Origin: Squalus acanthias
Lineage: Eukaryota
Assembly: GCA_030390025.1 (NCBI GenBank)
Contig: CM059432.1
Coordinates: 93,126,001-93,190,000 of the forward strand
Length of the DNA stretch: 64,000 nucleotides
Reading direction: 5' to 3'
Under the pieces are notes generated by a model. The model saw only the letters and a program-made list of their open reading frames with translations. It had not been told where the DNA came from and made no database searches. The translations under genes and the position numbers were made by a program. Below, in pieces: positions 1 to 12,283 of the stretch. Position 1 is the stretch's first letter; the number at the start of each line of letters is the position of its first letter.

Positions 1-1864
1 CACCTACCATCACTTTGCTGATGATTGAGAGTAGACTGATGGGGCGGTAATTGGCCGGATTGGATTTGTCCTGTTTTTTGTGGACAGGACATACCTGGGC
101 AGTTTTCCACATTGTCGGATAGATGCCAGTGTTGTACCTGTACTGTAACAACTTGGCTAGAGGAGCAGCTAGTTCTGGAGCATAAGTCTTCAGCATAACA
201 GCCGGGATATTGTCGGGGCCCATAGCCTTTGTTGTATCCAGTGCGCTCAGCCGTTTCTTGATATCACGTGGAGAGAATTGAATTGGCTGAAGACTGGCTT
301 CTGTGATGGTGGGGACCTCAGGAGGAGGCCGATATGGATCATCCACTTGGCACTTCTGGCTGAAGATGGTTGCAAAAGCTTCAGCCTTGTCTTTTGCACT
401 CACGTGCTGGGCTCTGCCATAACTGAGGATGGGGAAATTCATGGAGCCTCCTCCTCCTGTTAGTTGTTTAATTGTCCACCACCATTCACGACTGGATGTG
501 GCAGGACTGCAGAGCTTTGATCTGATCCGTTGATTGTGGGATCGCTTAGCTCTGTCCATAGCATGCTGCTTCCGCTGCTTAGCATGCATGTGGTCCTGTG
601 TTGCAGCTTCCCCTATTGGCACCTCATTTTTAGGTACGCCTGGTTTTGTTCCTGGCATGCTCTTCTACACTCCTCATTGAAGCAGGGTTGGTCCCTTGGC
701 TTGATGGTAATGTTCGAGTGAGTGATATGCCGGGCCATGAGGTTGCAGATTGTGGTGGAATACAATTCTGCTGCTGCTGATGGCCCACAGTGCTCATGGA
801 TGCTCAGTTTTGAGCTGCTAGATCTGTTCTGAATCTATCCCAGTTAGTATAGTGGTAGTGCCACACAACACAATGGAGGGTGTCCTCAGTGTGAAGATGG
901 GACTTCGTCTCCATAAGGAATGTGTGGTGGTCACTGCTACCAATGCTGTCATGGACAGATGCATCTGCAATAGGTAGATTGGTGAGGACGAGGTCAAGTA
1001 GGTTTTTCCCTCATGTTGGTTCTCTCACCACCTGCTGCAGGCCCAGTCTGGCAGCTATGTCCTTCAGGACTTGGCCAGCTCGGTCAATAGTTGTGCTACC
1101 GAGCCACTTTTGGTGATGGACATTGAAGTCCCCCACCCAGAGTACATTCTGTGCCCTTGCTACCCTCAGTGCTTCTTCCAAGTGGTGTTCAACATGGAGG
1201 AGTACTGATTCATCAGCTGAGGGAGGGTGGTAGGTGGTAATCAGCAGGACTTCATGGGGTCCGGAGTCAATGTTGAGGATTCCCAGGGTCACTCCCTCCC
1301 GACTGTAAATCACTGTGCCGCCACCTCTGGGATGGTGATGGAGGAGTCTGGGACATTGGCTGAAAGGTATGATTCTGTGAGTATGACTATGCCAGGCTGC
1401 TGTTTGATTAGTCTGTGGGACAACTCTCCCAATTTTGGCACAAGGGCCCAGATGTTAGTGAGGATGACTTTGCAGGGTCGACTGGGCTGGGCGTGCCGTT
1501 GTTGTGTCCGAAGTCGGTGCCGGGTGGTCCATCCAGTTTTGTTCTTATTATTGTTTTCTGTAGCAGTTTGTTACAAATTGGGTGGCTTGCTAGGCCATTT
1601 CAGAGGGCAGTTAAGAGTCTGGAGTCACATATAGGCCAGACCAGGTAAGGACAGCAGATTTCCTTCCCTAAAGGGCATTCGTGAACCAGATGGGTTTTTA
1701 CGACAATCTGATAGTTTCATGGTTACCATTACTGACACTAGCTTTTTATTCCAGATTTATTTAATTATCTGAATTTAAATTCCCCAGCTGCCGTGGTGGA
1801 CGTCTCTGGATCATTAGTCCAGGCCTCTAGATTACTAGTCCAGTAACATAGCCACTATGCTACC
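1..1864 (-). mobile_element. 5' part of an APE-RT LINE (CR1/L2-group), degraded, with a tRNA-like head
   Basis: Endonuclease motifs VILTESYL, TTYHPPS and WVGDFNVH, then GPDNIPA and NYRPISLLS at the left edge; small internal deletions. 5' end begins ggtagcatagtgg (A-box-like). Confidence 0.8.
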
Positions 1865-2339
1865 GGTCCCATTTTGGGTTCTATGTAAGAGTGGGTGCAG
1901 GCAATATGCTTCTTGTGTAACTTCACTTGTCTGGTATCTCTTCTTAGTTCCTCCTCTTTTTCCTCCAAATAACAGCAATTCAATAGTGTAATAGTAATAG
2001 TAATACTAGTAGTTCAATGGTATAAAATTCAGTGCCAAAACTCTTTGCGACAAGCAGCATTGTAAAAATACCACCAAAAAGGACCTTGAATATTCATTTC
2101 CTCGAGGCTTCAAAAATCCAAGTAAAAAAAAAAAAATATATATATATATATATTGGGCCTCCTTTAAATGTTCACTTCCTGATAGCACAACCTAGTATCC
2201 TTAAATGCTCATTTTATATGGGCATGATGAACACATTAGATTCCAAGCATGAATCGCAGGAAATTGCGTCTGCGTTCATTGCACGCCTTTAAGTGAAGGT
2301 TTCACCAGTTGTCTGAATGATCAGAAAATCCACACTATA

Positions 2340-2497
2340 GACCCTTATATTCTGCGGGGTTATCCATATCTACTACCATAACTTCGGCAGAATCCCTAGA
2401 GAAACAGCGTGAATATCCGTTTTTACCCATTTATACTGTTTCTCTGGGAGTTCCGCCAAAGATGTAGATCGGGAGAGTCGCCGTGGAAATTCCACTG
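2340..2497. mobile_element. Degraded short palindromic MITE-like element
   Basis: Imperfect inverted arms (ggcagaatccctagagaaacag ... ctgtttctctgggagttccgcc); resembles the element at 46080-46244. Confidence 0.45.
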
Positions 2498-2713
2498 AAT
2501 GTTTAAGTTCCGTTTTTTGTAAATAATGTACCAACACAAATTTTTATCAATCACACACAACCATTGAAATCTGCACTATTGTTTTGAAACAATGTTAGAA
2601 CTGTATTAAGTAGGATTGCATTTTATGCAATGCCTTGATGTCTCCAGCTGCTCCAAGGCTTCACTGCCTCCAGACCTCAGGTGCGTACTTCACTTGAAGT
2701 GCCTCATACTTAC

Positions 2714-2815
2714 TGGCATGCCTGTGAAGGTAACTGGTGGAGATTGCCAGGAGATGCTGAATCCATTGCTGGTAGGTGTAAACTTTGATCCAGGAATGTT
2801 GACGGGTGCCGTGGC
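2714..2815 (-). CDS. ZNF704: ZNF704-like internal coding exon
   Basis: aacag acceptor, gtaagt donor; 102 bp, phase 0 to phase 0. Encodes [34 protein letters not shown], matching ZNF704 [14 protein letters not shown]. Confidence 0.88.
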
Positions 2816-3983
2816 CTGTTGGAAAAGTGGTATTGTAAGGAGATCACATCGCCCAGGAAGAAGCTGAAACCTTTCGATACAAGTGCGACTTATCAGTACA
2901 GATACAAAGAGGCCACGCATTGTGAGTTACAACCAGAATTACATAGAGCTACCTTCACACTGGGGTAAAACAGTCCATAGATCCTGCTTTTTAAAGAGTC
3001 AGTGGGTTATATCTGGAAAATATCTGTGTTAAATCCCCGTGACTGTGGAGTAAATTAATTACCAGATACCAGGTTTTGCCTGTAAAGGTTGTTTACATGT
3101 CTCACAAAGCACCTCTGGAGACAGAAGTCTGATGCTCCAAGTATTGCAGTACATTAGAAATGCTCCTTTTATACTCCGTGAGACATGTGCTACTGCCGCC
3201 TGTTTCTGAAAGCGCTGGTCCTACGCATGCAGCTGCAAGCTGCACGCAAACCTGCCCAGGCTCACTAAAACCAGCTGCTGGGAAGATCCATCTTAGCAGG
3301 TCTCCTGGGCTGTTGGTCATAATGAGTCCCAGCTGTTTTACATTTGGTGTTCAGCTAGCTGCGTGAGACCTGCGCTTCGAGAATTGGCAGCGCTAGTAGG
3401 CGTCTCACACAAAGCACAAGCTGCTTTAGAAAATACAGATCAGCTGCATATTTTTGGACTGTGGGGCAAATTTCCTGTTGCTCCTGCCCTGATTAAAAAA
3501 GCAGGACCAATATAATGTGATGGGCAGTCATGCCAACTTGCCATCTGTCCCAATGTTTGGTTGCAACTTCATCCAGGCAGCTGGAGTTCCTGTCAGAAAT
3601 AGACATGAGACTCATGCTTATATGCGAATCAGGGTCAGAAGTTACAACCCGTTCACCATTTTTGTCTCGTCCCACCGGACGACAACCAGTTCCTGCTCCC
3701 TCCCACTAACCAAACATAGGCGGTATAAGTTGGGAGGTGGACAATCCTGGTAAAAATTAAAAGGATCCTCAACTGGAGTAAGGGAAAGCTGGATGGACAT
3801 TTTTATGGCTATCGCTTGGGGGTTTTGAGCCTTAAAGGCTTCCAAATCTAGTGTGTTTGCTCCTGTAGGTTCTGCACACAAGGTGCCTGCTGCTCTAAAG
3901 TGCTAATTGTGCTCATTCCCAACACTCATACCCCTCCCCTTTAAGGCACTGCTGCAGGCCCTTCATATTTGATGAGCTACCTA

Positions 3984-4362
3984 CTGACACTCCAGTGCAG
4001 TGCTGAGGGAGTGCTGCACTGTCGGAGGTGCCGTCTTTCGGATGAGACGTTAAACCAAGGCCCCGTCTGCTCTCAGGTGGACGTAAAAGATCCCATAGCA
4101 CTATTTCGAAGAAGAGCAGGGGAGTTATCCCCGGTGTCCTGGCCAATATTTATCCCTCAACCAACATAACAAGAACAGATTATCTGGTCATTATCACATC
4201 TCTGTTTGTGGGAGCTTGCTGTGCGCAAATTGGCTACCGCGTTTCCTACATTACAACAGTGACTACACTCCAAAAGTACTTCATTGGCTGTAAAGCACTT
4301 TGAGACGGCCGGTGGACGTGAAAGGCGCTATATAAATGCAAGTCTTTCTTTCTTTCTTTCTT
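3984..4362 (+). mobile_element. DeuSINE-type (SacSINE1-like) SINE, 5'-truncated
   Basis: Nearly identical to the full copy at 38872-39332; L2-like 3' tail aaaggcgctatataaatgcaagt(cttt)n. Confidence 0.8.
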
Positions 4363-5050
4363 ACTGGGGTGAATATTTTGTGCTGGCAACTCCCTGACCA
4401 GATTATAATGAGGACCCAGGACCATAGTGGATCAGGTCTCACACTGGTTCCTCTGATTGGCCCGGCCCTTTCGAACAGCACGCAAAATAAAAAATGCCTC
4501 TCGTCAGATCCAGTTTATCCACAGAATCTCCTTTGACTCTTGCACAAAAATGCAAATCTGATGAAAGCAAATTGCTGGCAATATCCTAACATATAGGCCA
4601 AGAAATTCCCCAGTGTAGCACCGGCCGTTAAGGCCGGTTTTGTTGAAAAGATGGCTGCCGCCTCACTTCCGGAGTGGGACATGGCGGCCGACATTTTGGT
4701 GAGAACTGGCTTCTCAAATTTAAATGAGCATATCGTGATGTCAATCAGTGTGCAACGCCTGATTTGACGCGACGACTGCTATTTTGGACGTTCTCGCACA
4801 CCATAACGTCCTGTCCTAAGTACGCACAGAAAAACGTGTGTGAGGTAGCCCTGCAGAGATGCTGTCAGTGCTTCTTAAAGGGACACACACATCTTTCAGG
4901 TAAGTTTGGATTTCAACTTTTGGACTTAAAACAAATATTTTATTGAAGTAGTGGCTTGGTGTAATACATTTAAAAAGTTCTTAAAGCGTGCAGGGAGTGC
5001 TGCTGGATGCTTGCAAGGCTTTGGATGGTAAAGGAAGGCCTCTGAGAAGA

Positions 5051-5164
5051 CAGAAAATGCTGGAAATACTCAGTAGGTCAGGCAGCATCAGTGGAGAGAG
5101 AAACAGAGTTAATGTCTCAGGTCAAGATGCTGCCTGACCTGCTGAGTATTTCCAGCATTTTCTG
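5051..5164. repeat. 39-bp inverted repeat, probably Penelope-derived
   Basis: Arms 5051-5089 and 5126-5164 are reverse complements with one mismatch (a G-U pair); 36-nt spacer. Confidence 0.7.
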
Positions 5165-6528
5165 CTTTTATTTCAGATTTCCAGCATCCGCAGCATTTGG
5201 CCTCCAAGAAGACCACTTGCTCACAGTCCTGGGGGGGCACATGGAGATGAAGCAGATGCAGCAAAGGGGACAAGCTGCTTACAGAGGGAAGAGGAAGAAA
5301 CAGAAGAGGAAGACACAGAAGAGGAAGATGCAGAAGAGGAGGAAATGGAAGGAAGGATGCAATCCAGACAATCCCTTCCTGCCTGGGATATCCGAGATAG
5401 AATCATCCTCCTGCGGTACCGGTGACTACAACCCCAATTCCACTTTCAACATTTGTCCTACACTTTACCTTCCCTCTGTTACTGACCATCACAGCGTCCT
5501 CTTGGCCACAATGCTAAAATAAAAGCCACCACAAAGCAAACTTTCCAATCCAACGTTATAACCAACCATATATGCATCCAATATGACATCAAGATATCAA
5601 TTAATCACCCTTGTGCATTCCCTTAGTGACTGTCTTGTGTTTGCCTTTGCCTATCCTACTGATGTCATGCAGTGCTACCCCAGTGGCTGCAGCATAGTTG
5701 GTGGAAGGCTGCTGACTTTCAGTGGGGGAGACTGCAGATGACATTACAAGACGACCTCGAGGAGGTGGCGGCTGCGAGTGTCAAATCGAGTGACGGTGTT
5801 TCTTCTTCTTCTTCACTCTCCTCTCCCACTTCTTGGTCAACCACTGGCTGGGCAGGCTGCATTTCTTGGGTGTCTGAAATGAGGAAGGCACAAGGGCAGG
5901 GTTGTGGTGAGGGAAGGGCGGGAAAGCAAGAGCTGCATACTTACACCATGTGCAGCTTGTACATCAGAAGAGTTTGTGGGATGAGGGGAAAGTGGGATGT
6001 GAGAAGGAGGATAAGGTATGAGGATACCGGCATCTTGTATCCTTTCAGCCCTGCCGCTGGCCAAGGGCTCAGCCATGCCCCTGCCAAGAATGGCCAGCAC
6101 CATCTCCTCCAAGGTGGTGAGGTGAAGCTAGGAATGTGAGGTGTGCCTCGTGTTTGGTAGAGATTGTTGGTAGGTGAGTGATGGGGCGTGGGGGTTGTGC
6201 ACTGAGCAGTGTGTGAGGCTAGTGGTGCAGTTGGTAGGAGACGGCTTTTGAAGATGCATTCACTGACCTTGACCACTGGTCTGAGGTCATGAAATTTCTT
6301 TGGGCACTAGAGCCAGGTCCTGGGGGTGACAGTGATGGTCTTGGTGATCTGGTCCCACATCCTTCTTTCTGGAGGGCCTCCTGGCCCCTGTGGGTAGAGG
6401 ACCTCTCTTCCAGTGTTGACCCCCTGCACAAAGCTGGAGTGCTGCGTGCCATTTCCCTGGCTTGCTGAGCCATTTGTGTTAGTGCTGAAGCCCTTTTACC
6501 ATTTTTTTACGTGCAGAAGGCAGTTCAG

Positions 6529-7515
6529 TTACAATCTACATTAATGACTTGGATGAAGGGACTGAGTGTAATGTAGCCAAGTTTGCGGATGATACAAAGA
6601 TGGGTGGGAAAGCAAGTTGTGCAGAGGACTCAAAGAATCTGCAAAGGGATATAGACAGGCTAAGTGAGTGGGCAAACATTTGGCAGATGGAGTATAATGT
6701 GGGAAAGTGCGAGGTTATCCACTTTGGCAGGAAAAATAAAAAAGCAAACTATTATTTAAATGGAGAGAGATTACAAAATGCTACAGTTCAGAGGGACCTG
6801 GGGGTCCTTGTGCATGAAACACAAAAAGTTAGCATGCAGGTACAGCAAGTAATCAAAAAGGCAAATGGAATGTTGGCCTTTATTTCAAGGGGGTTGGAGT
6901 ATAAAAGCAGGGAAGTCCTGCTACAACTGTACAAGATATTGGTGAGACCACACCTTGAGTACTGCGTACAGTTTTGGTCTCCTTATTTAAGGAAGGATAT
7001 ACTTGCATTGGAGGCAGTTCAGAGATGATTCACTAGGTTAATTTCAGAGATGAGGGCTTTGACTTATGGGGAAAGGTTGCGCAGGCTGGGCCTATACTCA
7101 TTGGAGTTTAGAACAACGATAGGTGATCTTATCAAAACATATAAGATACTGAGGGGGCTCGACAGGGTAGATGCAGAGAGGATGTTTCCCCTTATGGGGA
7201 AATCTAGAGCGCGGGGGCACAGTTTTAGAATAAAGGGTCGCCCTTTTAGAACTGAGATGAGGAGGAACTTCTTCTCTCAGAGGGTTGTAAATTTGTGGAA
7301 TTCTCTGCCCCAGAGAGCTATGGAGGCTGGGTCATTAAATACATTTAAGGTGGAGATAGACAAATTTTTGCAAGATAAGGGAGTGAAGGGTTATGGGGAG
7401 CGGGCAGGGAAGTGGCTTTGAGCCCAAGATCAACCATGATCTTATTGAATGGTGGAGCAGGGTCGAGGGGCCAAGTGGCCTATTCCTGCTCCTATTTCTT
7501 ATGTTCTTATGTTCT
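6529..7515 (+). mobile_element. CR1 LINE 3' fragment (RT C-terminus, 3'UTR, tail)
   Basis: KFADDTK, RDLGVLV, VRPHLEYCVQFWSP and RRNFFSQRVVNLWNSLP motifs; (ttatgttc)n tail; in-frame stop at about 7026. Confidence 0.93.
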
Positions 7516-8383
7516 TCAGCTTTAAGAGCTGAAGACTGCCATTTTGGAATTACTTTTAATTTTTTTTTCAGTTGAGCTCTAGACTGCCTATTTTTTTATT
7601 TTTTTTTTCATTTTAGAAGGCAGTTCCCCTTAAAGGGCTCAAGACTGCTTTCTAAAATGACAGGCTAGCTTTAAGACAACGCTGCCTCGCTCCTGGGACG
7701 CTACGGCCACACTACATTGGGCCTCCTGCTGAGCGTACTGCCTGAAACAGTGCGTTGCATGGTAGGTTCTGTGCTCTGATCATTTAAATTAGCAGGCAGC
7801 ACCAAAATAATGGTGCTGCCTGTGCTCTTTTTACGGTGGGAGTTAACCTCGCCCTGCGGTGGCACCGGCTGTTTGCCCACGTTATCAGATTTCTAGACTA
7901 TAGAAATTATTACCAAGTTTTGAACTGGTTTGTCAAATACCCATGAGTGACTGGAGGATTAACTGCTGATTAGAAATGGTTAACTAACCCCATTATTTAA
8001 CAAAAGGTTTGAGAGAAATACCTAGGGGGAAAAATTCGGCATCGCCTATTTTGGGGCGCTAATATCGGCCGGGTACAAAGTTTAGCGCCCGGCACTAATT
8101 ATCGCCTCCGACTGCAAAATTCGCCTCTATCGCCCCTGGAGATGATTTGAGCGCTAAATCAAGCATTACACATCTCTGTTAAGGCGCAAATGTCAGAGAG
8201 CAAGGCGCTACCTCAGAACACTACTGAAGCTCAGGTGATGTCAGTTAGCAATGGAACCCAGACAGACTGGCGCCGGCCAGTTCTTAAAGGGGAGGGTCCA
8301 TCTTGCTAGCCAGCCACACCCTGCTCATTGTAGCGTTGACTCTGGTGCTGGAAAGACCTACCACCGTTGTGCTGAGAGGAGTG

Positions 8384-10312
8384 ATGGATAGGCCCAGGGA
8401 GAGAGCTCAGCGCTTTAGCGACCAGGCCTTGGTGGCTCTGGTTGGCGCTGTCGATAGGCGACGGGCAGTGCTGTACCCAGAGAGTGGCAGGAGGCCATTG
8501 CCCCGGGAGTACGGAAGAGTGTGGAGGGAGGTGGCTCAGCACGTCTCCTCGAGGAGCCTGGTGCCACGGACCCACACCCAATGTTGGAAGAAGTTCAACG
8601 ACCTCACTCGGGTGGTTAGGGTGAGTGGCTGCTTTTCAATACCTTTACGTCCCTCCATCTCAACTTCACTCTGTGCCCAGAGGGTTTAAAAACCCCAAAT
8701 GCCCAACACTCATCCAAGACCTATGGCCGTCTCATAAAAGACACATGCACATTCCACACCTTGCATACATTAAGGGCTATTCAACTATGGGAGGCACATC
8801 AGGCAAGCACATGGCTGCATAGATTAAGGGCTATTCAACAATGGGAGGCACATCAGGCAAGCACATGGCTGCATACATTAAGGGCTATTCAACTATGAGA
8901 GGCACATCAGGCAATCACATGGCTGCATATATTAAGGCTATTCAACAATGGGAGGCACATCAGGCAAGCACATGGCTGCACACTCACTCAGACACCGTCC
9001 TTTTTCTTGCAGGCCAAGCTCTCTCATAACAGGCAGGAGTAGCAACGCACGGGAGGAGGACCGGCTGACCTACACCCCCTGACTGATTTGGAGGCGCGCA
9101 TGCACAGGATCGTTGCCAGCCAGGTCATAGGTGCCGTGGCCGCTGGAGATGTCGGCCCCCTTGGGGACAGCAATGGTATGTTCATCAGCTTTCTCTCCTC
9201 TCTCATACCACTTGCCCCTCACAACACCAGCCTTTTACACTTTCAATCCAACTTACTAAATGTCTCCAGTCCTTGCTCCCTTACTGCTCCCCTGTCCTCA
9301 CGCTAAAGTCATTCTTGTACCTCCCTGCTTTCAGATAGTGAATCACCAGCTGACCAGCCTGTCCTTCAGCCTGCCAGTGGCAGCGACGCTCCAAGCGAGG
9401 AGGAAAAGGAAGCCGGAGCCTCACCGCCTGCGTCTCCCGAGGGAGCCCATTCCGACACTGGGATCACGCCTTCCCTGGAGGGGAGCAGGGAGGTAGGGTC
9501 TGATGAGGGCAAAGCTGCTGGACCCAGTGGGCTGCAGCAACGCCATGGGGGTAGGGAAGCTCGGGGACCATCTCCCCGGAGGACGAGTAGGCAAGTGAGT
9601 CCTGCTGCACAGGACTCAGATGAGGACCGCGTCATTGCGGCCGTGAATAGCCAGGCCTTGAGCATGCACACTGAGCTCATGGGTGCAATGGCAAGGGTGC
9701 CCGAAAGCATAGATGGACTAGCTAGGAGTGTGGAGCAGTCCGCTGTAGCACAGGCCGATGCAACGCAATGGCTTAGTGCTGCAATTCAGTCATTGGCTCG
9801 TGCCATCCAGTCTCAGACTGCTCTAATGCAGTCTCAGATTGATGTCACAAAAGCACTGACTGCTGCCATCCTCGCTGGGTCGCCCACAGTCTCTCGGGGA
9901 TCTCACAGTACTGCAGCAGGCCAGCAAACTGTGCTTGAGCAGATTGCTCTGGATGCTGAGGTACTGCCCTGTGGGAGTGCCAGTCGAGCAGGAAGGTGCT
10001 GTCCTCTCTCAGGATGACAGCATTCCTGCTCCCACCACTGGCACTTCCCCATTGCACTTGCCACGGCCTGCAACACAGCCAGCCCAGACTACTGCCGCCC
10101 ATGCAGAGTTGGTGCAGTCTGCAGCCGGGCCCTCCAGGCCCAGAGCTGGTCGAGGGCGTCCTTCAAGGACATCTGTAGTCTCAGGATCTGACATTCAGCA
10201 GCCTTCCACCAGCCTTGCTGCAGCCACTGGGGCCACATTACAGAGGAGCAGTAGGTTGGGAAGGGGGGAAGTGCGCAGGGGATGGAGATCACCCTCGAAG
10301 AGCCAACAGTAG
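8384..10312 (+). pseudogene. H1 Myb/SANT-like DNA-binding protein gene (exons 8384-8620, 9013-9175, 9335-10312)
   Basis: RFSDQAL...VW..VA..VS...RT..QCWKKFNDL Myb/SANT motif and TGGGP; phase-compatible GT-AG introns; premature TAG in exon 2 and a frameshift near 9980. Confidence 0.85.
8763..8980. repeat. 54-bp minisatellite, about 4 copies, in intron 1 of the H1 Myb gene
   Basis: Unit gcatacattaagggctattcaactatgggaggcacatcaggcaagcacatggct starts at 8763, 8817, 8871 and 8925. Confidence 0.95.
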
Positions 10313-10624
10313 GAGGTGTAAATAAATGGTGGGAATGTTTGTGGTAAAGGTCGAGGTTCATGTGATTAAATTTGTTTACTGTTTTGCCGTTTATCTCCAT
10401 GTTGTGAGAACTCGTTCTGTTAGTTCATGATTTGTTGTGTTGGTTTCTAATTGTTTGTCCTGAATAAATGACACACACAGAGTTTGTTAAATAAGTAAGT
10501 TTTTTTATTCAAAATTTACATTTTTGGTCTTTTGAATCATTCCAGCTTTGGCCGGCAATATGGGGTGCGGGATGCTTTCCATGATGTTGTTCTCCATGCC
10601 AGAAACCATCTTCTCAGTAAGGGC

Positions 10625-11793
10625 CTAGAAGCGGCTTCTTATCAGCCGTTCACGGACGGCCCTTGCAGTGGCAACATTGTGCGCCTCCCTCCCACGTTGG
10701 TGCTGCTGATCCTCCTCCTCATCCTCCTCCTCCTCCTCTCCCTCTTCCTCCTCCTCCTCCTCAGGTGGTGCACCAATCCCTGGTGGCAATGGCTGGGTCC
10801 TCAGGATTGCCAGGTTGTGAAGCATGCAGCACACAACTATGAAGAGGGAGACTCGCTCAGAAGATTACTGCAGGGCTCCTCCTGAGTGGTCCAGACAGCG
10901 GAACCGTTGCTTCAGCATGCCGATCGTCTGCTCAATTATGGTCCTGGTGGCGAGATGGCTCTCATTATACCGCAGCTCGGCAGGGGTGTTGGGGTTATGG
11001 AGCGGTGTCATCAGCCAGGTGCAGAGTGGATAACCCTTGTCCCCGAGGAGCCAACCACTTGGCTGATGCGGTGCCTGGAAAATGTCTGGCACACCAGTAA
11101 GAGCAGGATGAAAGCATCATGGCTGCTGCCAGGATAGCGGGCATTGACGGCGAGTATGAGCTGTCTGTGGTCACAGACCAACTGCACATTTAAGGAGTGG
11201 TAGCCCTTGCAGTTTCGGAATACCTCTGCATTTTCATGCGGTGCCCGCAATGCCACATGCGTGCAGTCAATAGCGCCCTGCACCATGGGGAAGCCCGCTA
11301 TCCTTGCAAAGCCCAATGCGCGTTCATGCTGCTTGCCCCGGGTCATGGGGAAAGAGATGTACTCGCGTCTCCTTTTATACAGGGCATTTGTCACCTCCCG
11401 GATACAACAATGGACAACGAACTGGGCGATATTGGTGATGTCCCCAGTAGAATCTTGAAAGGAGCCGCTGGCATAAAAATTCAGAGCCACCGTCACCTTC
11501 ACTGCCACCGACAGAGACGTCCTGGTCCTCAGTTGAGGCTGCAGATCTGGTTGCAGCAGGTGGCAGAGCTCAGTGACCACCTCCTTGCTGAAGCGCAGCC
11601 TGCGCAAACACTGCTCCTCAGACAAATGAAGGTATGAGAACTGCTCCCTGAATACCCTCGGAGGGTAAGGTCTCCTGTGCAGAGGCCTGTTGACCCTCCT
11701 CCCTCTGGCCATGTTTGCCACTCTCTCATTGCACCTCTGCTGCCTCCGATTCTGCAGGTGCAGGACGACGCCCCGAGTCAGTGCAGCCCCCAT
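10625..11793 (-). pseudogene. H1 Harbinger (HARBI1-family) DDE transposase
   Basis: [38 protein letters not shown] and CCMLHN motifs; frameshifts near 11100 and 10860. Confidence 0.93.
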
Positions 11794-12283
11794 AGTATCT
11801 TCTAAATCACTGGAATGAAGGTGAAATAAAAATGAACCTGCAATGTGCTGCTCAGGACCCAAAACTCCTTCGCACAGCGTTGAATCTCTCCAGACGTCTC
11901 TCTCCCTCTCAGCATGCGTGATGCAAAAATTTTGCCAGCAAGATAAGGCAGGAAGCGGCCACCTTTAAATAGCACTCCTCCAGCCCCTTCCCGGCTGCAA
12001 AACGTTCCCCTCTACTTGTCGTTGCTAGTGGCACGCGGAAAGGCAGGGGGCGCGACTCAATATCCGGTCAGGGGCGCCACCGGGGCATTGCACGCTCAAC
12101 TGACGTCACGATCTGCGGGCGCAGGAGATCGTGACGGTAGTGTTAGCGCCGCCGCAAAAAGTCTGGTCAATTTCGCGAGCGGCGCTAAAATCGCCGCACT
12201 CAGGCGCTAAGTTCCTAGCGCCCAGTTAGCACCCCCCGGATGCGTTAACGGGAGGTGCTAAGCAACCGAATTTCCCCCCCCTG

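Larger units (their letters stand above)
4596..7899. mobile_element. Degraded Harbinger-type element (Myb gene remnant on minus strand) with nested CR1 and palindrome
   Basis: Imperfect TIRs GGCCAAGAAATT / AGTCTAGAAATC with ATA on both flanks; frameshifted Myb-like exon starting MAQQARE at 6473. Confidence 0.5.
8025..12280. mobile_element. Harbinger DNA transposon, two-gene full-length type (element H1)
   Basis: TIRs GGGGGAAAAATTCGG / CCGAATTTCCCCCCC; TSD CTA/CTG. Splits an old CR1 reading frame EIP|GNYRPV. Convergent Myb and transposase genes. Confidence 0.92.

Noticed and set aside
5091..5522. 143-aa Lys/Arg-rich ORF
   Set aside because: Spans a palindrome and a low-complexity GAA/GAG tract within a degraded transposon.
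10625..11793. Domesticated HARBI1 gene (also considered for H2-H4, and NAIF1 for the Myb genes)
   Set aside because: All copies are within TIR-bounded elements and carry frameshifts or stops.
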